A stretch of DNA of 64,000 nt from Phycisphaeraceae bacterium (GTDB taxonomy: Bacteria > Planctomycetota > Phycisphaerae > Phycisphaerales > Phycisphaeraceae), in assembly GCA_963674705.1 (NCBI GenBank), contig OY771506.1, positions 4,480,001-4,544,000 of the forward strand. The letters are read 5' to 3'. Under the pieces are notes generated by a model. That model saw nothing but the letters and a program-made list of their open reading frames with translations. It was not told the origin of the DNA and did no database searches. This document shows, one piece after another, positions 58,004 to 64,000 of this stretch. The position numbers were made by a program, and so were the translations under genes. Positions within the stretch are counted from its first letter, which is position 1. Every line of letters begins with the position of its first letter.

Positions 58004-59533
58004 TCAAGACTTGGGTTTGTGCAGGTGCGATTCGTTGACGAAGTCGTGTCCGCGGAATGTCCCGGCGGCTTCGGCGCTTGGGCTGACGGGCTTGCCGTGG
58101 TCGGGCCCCCACTGATAGAACCCGCGGAACACCACCGGCCCGCGGTCGCGTTGTAGCGCCTCGGGACGGGCGTCTGAAAACTGCGCCTGCCATGTGTGCA
58201 TAATGGGATATATGAAACGATCGCAGGATTCCTGGTCGTCGTTTTCGCCGGCGATGGTGGGCGGGATTGGGTTCCAGAGGTATTGCGCCCCTGCAAAGTA
58301 GGTAATGAAAAGCCGATCCCAATCGTTCCAACCCCACATGCAGACCGTCGCACCACGCAGATCTGTGCAGTCATTTACGTGCTGACAGAAGTAACGTGTG
58401 GCCAGGTATGCGCCGCGATACTGCGCCAGGCTCTGGCCCACGGACATCATCCAAGGCCCTGCGCCGCTTCGGCCGTAACGTTCGATCGCACGATCAATCT
58501 GTTCGCGGTTGGCGATCCAGTATTGCCAGGGATGCACGACCACTTCCTTGCGGATCGAGTCGGGCACGGTTCGCCCGGCATGGTCCGCGTGGATTTCCAT
58601 CGTCAGGTCTTTGCCATACTTTTGGGCTGCTTGCTGAACGATTTTGTAATACCGGTCCAGCAAGTCGGCAGGCGCGTACCCTTCAGGCATATCCGGGGCG
58701 GTAAACCAGTTCGCTTCATCGAATCCCAGATGAACGGATGCTTTGTTCGCTGACACCGAGGCAATCTGGTCCACCAACTGTTGCATCAATGAGATCGATT
58801 GCTCACCAACCAGGAAACTCGAACCGGCAAACATGCCGGGACCGCCGCGCAGGTCTGGGCGATGGTAGGTGATTGCGCCGACGTGTCCCCAGCCTTCAAG
58901 CTCGGGCATGATCTCGATGTGATGCTCGGTCGCGTAGCGTACGAGTTCGCCCAGTTCGTCGAGTGTGATGGCGTAGGGATTATCGTGGCCGAAGGGCAAA
59001 TCTACGAACTTCAGGCCGCATAACTCATCATCGTAAAGCCGAAGGTGCAGGCGGTTGTAACGCAGGTTGTGAAAGACACGCACCAAGCGTTTGAGCATGG
59101 GCAGCCCGGCGATCGATCGGCCCAGGTCGACCATCGCTGCTCGCACGGGTAACGCAGGTTCGTCTTCGATCGTGACCGAGGGCCAATGTGTTCGATTGCG
59201 GAAGGTGTACATGATCTGCAACAAGGTGCTACAGCCATAAGAAAGTCCGGCGCGATCCGCGGCTATCAATTCGAACCGCCCGGATTGGAGTGTTAAACGA
59301 TAACCTTCCCGGACACAGGCGTTTGGATCGATACGCAGATTCAGCTCGGTATCTGATGGTTCATCCTGAACTACTGTGATGGACGAGTCAGTAGAGATCG
59401 AAGTGATAAAGCTATCGGCCGGGGATTCACCGGTGATGCGCAGTGATTGTGGGGCAGGAAGTGCTGCACCATCCTGTACGATGCTTTTGGGATAAGGCCA
59501 GAGCCAGACAAACGGATCACTCGACTCAGACAT
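58004..59533 (-). CDS. GH20-like glycoside hydrolase (hexosaminidase fold)
   Basis: LWPYPKS, EGYRL, IEDEP....RAAMVDLGR, YNRLHL, IEIMPELE.WGH and catalytic HLGFDEA. Probable start MSESSDPF at 59533; no signal peptide. Confidence 0.85.
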   Translation of the reverse strand: MSESSDPFVWLWPYPKSIVQDGAALPAPQSLRITGESPADSFITSISTDSSITVVQDEPSDTELNLRIDPNACVREGYRLTLQSGRFELIAADRAGLSYGCSTLLQIMYTFRNRTHWPSVTIEDEPALPVRAAMVDLGRSIAGLPMLKRLVRVFHNLRYNRLHLRLYDDELCGLKFVDLPFGHDNPYAITLDELGELVRYATEHHIEIMPELEGWGHVGAITYHRPDLRGGPGMFAGSSFLVGEQSISLMQQLVDQIASVSANKASVHLGFDEANWFTAPDMPEGYAPADLLDRYYKIVQQAAQKYGKDLTMEIHADHAGRTVPDSIRKEVVVHPWQYWIANREQIDRAIERYGRSGAGPWMMSVGQSLAQYRGAYLATRYFCQHVNDCTDLRGATVCMWGWNDWDRLFITYFAGAQYLWNPIPPTIAGENDDQESCDRFIYPIMHTWQAQFSDARPEALQRDRGPVVFRGFYQWGPDHGKPVSPSAEAAGTFRGHDFVNESHLHKPKS

Positions 59534-59534
59534 A

Positions 59535-61316
59535 TCACGTCGCCTCCGTCGCAACATCTTCGACAGGCTCGGTTGGCAGTTTTGACCGCCTGGCCTGGTA
59601 GCGCAAACCGATGAGGAACAATAACAGCCCCACACCGCCGACGGTGCCGGCGACGAACAGGATCGCAAGCCTTCCTGAAAGCGGGTTGGGCAACAGCATC
59701 AGCGACGCGATGAACACGCCGATCGCCATGGCGAAACTGCCGACTACTTTCATCTGGCTGCCGTCATTGCCTTCGCCCACCTCGGTCTTGAAGTCGATCG
59801 GCCGATGCATGCGCTCGAAGAACTCGGTTGTCTTCTGCTTGTACTGGCTGGTCGCGGTCTTCCAGAACGGGATGGTCGCGATGTAGACCAAGGCGCTTGC
59901 GCTCATGTTGGTGAAGACCTTGTAGGAAAATTCCCATTCCTGGTAGAACCCGATCGCAGAGGGGATCGAAGCGCCTGCGATCGACGCCAGGGCTGCCCAC
60001 CACGGCGTGCGTTTGATGAACATGGCAAGCAACAGCGGCACCGCCATCGGTAAAGACATCACCGCACCGAGCGTCAGCATGTGTTCAAACACGCCTTTAC
60101 CCTCAGCCTGGGACAGGTACAACGCGATCAGGATCGTACATATCCCAAAGGCGAGTGACACCAGTTGTGATAAACGCAGTTGAGCCTTGCCCTCGAATGG
60201 CTTGATGCCGAGGGCTTTGCAGATCAGCGGGTAGATGTCGCAGGTGAAGATCGCGGCGTTACGGTTAAGGCCCGTGTCCATCGAGCTCATTGTTGCAGCG
60301 AACATCGCGACGACCATCATGCCGGTCATGCCGGAAGGTAGCAGGTTCATACTGACGACCGCGTAGGCCGACTCCGCCGGTTTGGCGATTGCCATGCCGT
60401 CGATCTGGCCTTCGTAAAGCAGACGCCCGACCATCGGCGGGATCACCCAGACGATCGCGCCTAAGGTCATCAATACACCACCGAGGGCGGCCGCTTTGCG
60501 TGCTTCGGCCCCGTCTTTGACGGCAAAGTATCGTACGGAAGAGTTGATCGTGTTGTAGCCGATCACGTTCTTGAAGAACATGGCCCCGGCCCAGAGGTAG
60601 GTGTAATCCGTGGTCAGCTTGTTGGGATCATGCGGCCCCTTCAGGGCGTGGAAACTCTCGGTCAAGCCGGCCTCGCGCACGCCGTCGAAGAAGCCTGTGA
60701 TGCCGCCGACCTGCTTCAGAGCGAGGTAGGCCACGAGCAGTGTGATGGGCATGAGGATCAGTGTCTGCAGGAAGTCGGCGGACATGACCGCCCAACTGCC
60801 GCCGACGGTGGCGTACACCACCACGACCAACCCGACCACGATGATGACCAGTTCAAGCTTGAAGCCGAAGACCGCGGAACTGAAGATCGCCAGGCCGAGC
60901 AGCCACAGCGCCGCGTAGATCAACCCCAGCACCATGTTAAGCCATGCATAGATCTGTCGGGTCAGTTCGTTGTATCGCTGTTCGATGACTTGCGGCACGG
61001 TGATCGCGCGCATCTGCCTGAACCAAGGCGCGAGCCAGATCGCGTTGACAAGGAATCCGGCGGAGTTGGCGAGGTAGATGACCATGACGGACCAGCCGGC
61101 CTCATAGGCCACGCCGGAAGCGCCGGTGAATGTCCATGCGCTGAACGCGGCCATGAAACCGCTGGCGCCGACCAGCCACCATGTCCCTTTGCATCCGTTT
61201 CGGAAGTAGTCGCTGGAATTGCTGCTGAAGCGGTTGAGTATCACACCCACCAACATCAGAAACACCAGGTAAATAGAGACGACGACGTATTCGAGAGTGT
61301 GACTTGTTTCAGGCAA
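59535..61316 (-). CDS. Sodium:solute symporter (SSS family)
   Basis: SDYFR.G....WWLVGAS.FMAAFSAWTFTG, GGSWAVM.ADF.Q and AMFAATMSSMDTGLN motifs; many TM helices. Confidence 0.93.
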   Translation of the reverse strand: MPETSHTLEYVVVSIYLVFLMLVGVILNRFSSNSSDYFRNGCKGTWWLVGASGFMAAFSAWTFTGASGVAYEAGWSVMVIYLANSAGFLVNAIWLAPWFRQMRAITVPQVIEQRYNELTRQIYAWLNMVLGLIYAALWLLGLAIFSSAVFGFKLELVIIVVGLVVVVYATVGGSWAVMSADFLQTLILMPITLLVAYLALKQVGGITGFFDGVREAGLTESFHALKGPHDPNKLTTDYTYLWAGAMFFKNVIGYNTINSSVRYFAVKDGAEARKAAALGGVLMTLGAIVWVIPPMVGRLLYEGQIDGMAIAKPAESAYAVVSMNLLPSGMTGMMVVAMFAATMSSMDTGLNRNAAIFTCDIYPLICKALGIKPFEGKAQLRLSQLVSLAFGICTILIALYLSQAEGKGVFEHMLTLGAVMSLPMAVPLLLAMFIKRTPWWAALASIAGASIPSAIGFYQEWEFSYKVFTNMSASALVYIATIPFWKTATSQYKQKTTEFFERMHRPIDFKTEVGEGNDGSQMKVVGSFAMAIGVFIASLMLLPNPLSGRLAILFVAGTVGGVGLLLFLIGLRYQARRSKLPTEPVEDVATEAT

Positions 61317-61348
61317 TCTGATCGCTCAACTTTTCCGACTTGTTTGAT

Positions 61349-62494
61349 TTAATGCGAAGGAGTGAGTCGGGCCTTGGCAGGTAGGATACGCACATGGCCG
61401 GGGGTTGCCAGTCCGGGCCGCCCGGAAACCAGCCCGGGACCGGCTTCGGCGAATTCACGTGCCTGCTGTAACGCGGCGACCAGCGGCCTGACGCTGCGCG
61501 GCGGCACCGGTGATGGGCCGCCTGTCAGGATGGCTTTACGCATCTGCAAATAGAACTGGCAATGCGGGTACTGCCTTTCCTGCTTGTCGGGATCGACGCG
61601 CCAGGCGTTCTTGATCCACTTGATCTCATCCCGGTCGTATCGCCGCGTGGTTGACTTGAGTTGCCTTTCCAGGTGGCGTTCGGGCAGGCTGTCGAAGTCG
61701 GCGACGTGCCAGTGCAGTTCGTTGGCGTTACCGCGCAGGGAACCTTTCGTGCCTAGGATCAGCCAGAGGTCCTGGTTGAACGCGCTGACGTTGGTGATCT
61801 CCACCTGCAACAACGGCAAGCCGGTCTGGCGGTACATCAATACGCAATGGTCTTCGGTATCACCAAGCGTCAGGGCCGAGTCTGTATGAGCAAAACACGT
61901 CGGCGCATCCATGGGAAACAGTTCGAGCAACAGGTCCAGCAGGTGTGAACCGATGTTGTTGATCAATCCGCCGTTGAATTCGCGCAGGGTCTGCCAGTCC
62001 CATCGGCGAGTGAACTGGTGCTGCATCATCCGCGCCTGGACGATACGACCGAGCTGCCCGGATTCGATGATCTGCTTGACCTGTTGATAGTGCGGCTCGA
62101 AACGTCGGTTGTGGAACACGGCCACGAGGCGGTCCTGTGCATCGACGGTACGGATCAGCTTGTCCGCATCTTCGAGTGAACCCGCCATCGGCTTCTCACA
62201 GATCACGTGTTTACCGGCAGCCAAGGCTGACAACACGTGGCCCCCGTGCATGTGGCTTGGGGTCGCTACCACGACCAGATCGATCGAGGGATCGTTGACA
62301 AACGCGTTGTAGTCGTCGTAAGCCTTGCAACCAAACCGATCGACCGCTTCTTTCAATCGATCCGTGGACGAATCGATCACGGCGGTTACCCGGTACAAAT
62401 CCTGCATGGTTGCCAGTGCGTCGGCATGGATATGCCAGCCGCTGCGGCCCAACCCCGCGATGCCCACTCGGATAATTTTCGAACCGCCGTTCAT
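61349..62494 (-). CDS. Gfo/Idh/MocA-family oxidoreductase
   Basis: RVGIAGLGRSG, AGKHVICEKP, FHNRRF and GG...N.GSHLLD motifs. Start 62494 overlaps the upstream stop (ATGA). Confidence 0.93.
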   Translation of the reverse strand: MNGGSKIIRVGIAGLGRSGWHIHADALATMQDLYRVTAVIDSSTDRLKEAVDRFGCKAYDDYNAFVNDPSIDLVVVATPSHMHGGHVLSALAAGKHVICEKPMAGSLEDADKLIRTVDAQDRLVAVFHNRRFEPHYQQVKQIIESGQLGRIVQARMMQHQFTRRWDWQTLREFNGGLINNIGSHLLDLLLELFPMDAPTCFAHTDSALTLGDTEDHCVLMYRQTGLPLLQVEITNVSAFNQDLWLILGTKGSLRGNANELHWHVADFDSLPERHLERQLKSTTRRYDRDEIKWIKNAWRVDPDKQERQYPHCQFYLQMRKAILTGGPSPVPPRSVRPLVAALQQAREFAEAGPGLVSGRPGLATPGHVRILPAKARLTPSH

Positions 62495-63579
62495 GAAACC
62501 ACCACCTTGCCGGAAAGGCCACGACGCAACATCAAACCACTGGTTGCCAGGCCCAACAGACAAGCGGAGGGCTCGGGTACATTCGTGGCAGGCGGGGTGC
62601 CGGCATTCCAGTTACTAAGTACGACATCCAGGTCATCGAGGCCGACGAAGCCGTCGCCTGACGGATCAGCCGCTTCGTCCGCCGGGGGCACGGACTGATT
62701 CCATGCACTGAGGATGATGTCCAGATCGTCGAGACCCACGAAACCATCACCGTCCAGGTCGCCTTCGAGATAGAGCGCTGAAGTGGGCAGTATTTGCCAG
62801 TCATCGAGGTAGACGGTGGAGTTGTCGGTGCGGATGCCGGTCGTCCCGGCCGCAAGTGAATTGTCCGTAGCGAACAGGATCGGTTCGTCATTGATCAGGA
62901 ACGTCAGTTCGTTGCCGATGATCGCGAACTTCAGGTCGTACCAGACGTCGATCACCAGGTGACCGGTGCCATCAACATATTGCGAAGGCAGGGCGCCGCT
63001 GGCGAGTGTGGAGTAGACGGCGTTGTACTTCTTCTTGATTGTTGCTGTGCCGTCGTAACGGATGGATGCGACGTAGAGGTCGTCGGAGGTCTGGTATCGG
63101 CCGAACACGTGCAGGCCCGACCAGTTCTCCAGACTGCCGTGCCATTCATCGATCATGGCGCGGTAGTGGCCGACCTGGTCTGTCCATTCGATCTTATCGT
63201 CGCCGGCCCAGCCGTTGGCGATCATGCGGAACACGTCGTCGTACGTCACCGCCAAACCGTTGCTGCCGTCCTGAACGGACCAGAGGGAGCCGGAAGTAAC
63301 GTCAAGGTGAGGCAGCGAACTCTTTGTGCTGCTGCTTTCCAGTCGGACGACGCCGCTGTAGCTTTCGAAGTCGTCACCTTCCCATGACAAGGTGTCGGAA
63401 ACCGGCCCGATGACGGTCGGCACACCTGAGGGGTAAGCGTCCCAGAAGGCTTGCGCTTCACCGACCGCTGCCCCGCAGACCCCCACAACGATTATCAGAT
63501 TGACCAGCATATCGTGCTTGAACATATCCCACGCTTTCAACAAATTGCCGGGTAAAAACATCCCACAGACAACACGCAT
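62491..63579 (-). CDS. PEP-CTERM protein with ConA-like (DUF1080-type) domain and dockerin-like twin repeat
   Basis: WYDLKFAIIGNELTFLIND...GTTGIRT....VYLDDWQI; GDLDGDGFVGLDDLD-type repeat twice; VPEPSACLLGL. Start uncertain (63579, 63525 or 63510). Confidence 0.82.
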   Translation of the reverse strand: MRVVCGMFLPGNLLKAWDMFKHDMLVNLIIVVGVCGAAVGEAQAFWDAYPSGVPTVIGPVSDTLSWEGDDFESYSGVVRLESSSTKSSLPHLDVTSGSLWSVQDGSNGLAVTYDDVFRMIANGWAGDDKIEWTDQVGHYRAMIDEWHGSLENWSGLHVFGRYQTSDDLYVASIRYDGTATIKKKYNAVYSTLASGALPSQYVDGTGHLVIDVWYDLKFAIIGNELTFLINDEPILFATDNSLAAGTTGIRTDNSTVYLDDWQILPTSALYLEGDLDGDGFVGLDDLDIILSAWNQSVPPADEAADPSGDGFVGLDDLDVVLSNWNAGTPPATNVPEPSACLLGLATSGLMLRRGLSGKVVVS

Positions 63580-63588
63580 CCACGATGA

Positions 63589-64000
63589 TTACTGGTTGCC
63601 CATCAGGGCATCATGCGAACCCACAAACCGATTGCCGGGGTCTGCAAGTTTGAGGATCGCGTCGTTACCGCTGAGTGATTCGGCGTGGCCATCGATAAAC
63701 GCGTAGTTGGCGTTGGGATGATGGCGGAAGTGTTCAGGATCAACGTGAGCGCTGGTCCAGCCACCTCGGCTGGGATCAGAACCACCCGTAACAGAGAAAC
63801 CGATCCACCAGTGATCCCAGTCGCCGTTGATGATGCGGCTGGTCGGGTGTGTTAATTCTTCATAGCGCCAGTAACGGTAGAAGCCGGCCTTGAAGTCCCA
63901 CGTACGGTCAGCGGGGAATGATGGGCTGACCGAGCTTTCGTTTGGATCTTCACCATAACGTGTACTGTCATTTTTACTGGAATTGTCAGGGTCCGGATTT
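63589..64000 (-). CDS. C-terminal part of a prepilin-type/H-X9-DG protein (5' end outside the window)
   Basis: Not in the ORF track. Manual translation: ...YEELTHPTSRIINGDWDHWW...FRHHPNANYAFIDGHAESL...LMGNQ*, with the stop at 63589-63591. Confidence 0.85.
   Translation of the reverse strand, partial: NPDPDNSSKNDSTRYGEDPNESSVSPSFPADRTWDFKAGFYRYWRYEELTHPTSRIINGDWDHWWIGFSVTGGSDPSRGGWTSAHVDPEHFRHHPNANYAFIDGHAESLSGNDAILKLADPGNRFVGSHDALMGNQ

Noticed and set aside
57967..59668. Extended N-termini given by the ORF track for the acyltransferase (to 58374) and GH20 (to 59668)
   Set aside because: They overlap neighbouring genes in other frames. Downstream ATGs at 57966 and 59533 fit operon spacing.

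Overview
This window is GC-rich bacterial DNA. Its gene content is typical of a planctomycete, probably Phycisphaerae (inference): many PEP-CTERM proteins with twin dockerin-like GDLNGDGFVGLDDLD repeats, prepilin-type/H-X9-DG proteins, a XylR-like regulator and a MoxR/VWA operon. 1-6.7 kb: a sigma54/two-component module with a PhnD-like binding protein, a HAMP-HisKA protein lacking an ATPase domain, a full histidine kinase, YgbA and an NtrC-type regulator. It sits upstream of a multiheme cytochrome c that the ORF track missed. 6.7-13.8 kb: GH43, an anaerobic sulfatase maturase, TetR+MATE and a XylR-like regulator. 14-28 kb: a glycan-utilisation-like locus with a prepilin-type protein, a large PEP-CTERM protein, a GH43 arabinanase and two paralogous unclassified GH-like proteins. 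28.2-34.4 kb: a plasticity hot spot and the most interesting region. A RAYT (HUH/Y1) transposase gene, frameshifted by an 8-bp duplication, is accompanied by four copies of the hairpin AAACGGGG-TCTGA-CCCCGTTT. The hairpins precisely bracket foreign cargo: a 5'-truncated polymorphic-toxin C-terminus plus a pentapeptide-repeat putative immunity gene, and a second truncated fragment. The toxin-immunity cargo has inverted, tandemly duplicated junction sequences. Together this looks like a RAYT-driven gene-cassette capture system. 33.4-36.6 kb (overlapping the hot spot): two prepilin paralogs and a PEP-CTERM gene. 36.9-52.5 kb: a MoxR-DUF58-VWA-TPR operon. 52.7-64 kb: sdaA, PEP-CTERM paralogs and a minus-strand sugar operon (oxidoreductase, sodium:solute symporter, GH20-like protein, acyltransferase). 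I saw no rRNA, tRNA or CRISPR array. All family assignments come from motif recognition, not database searches.
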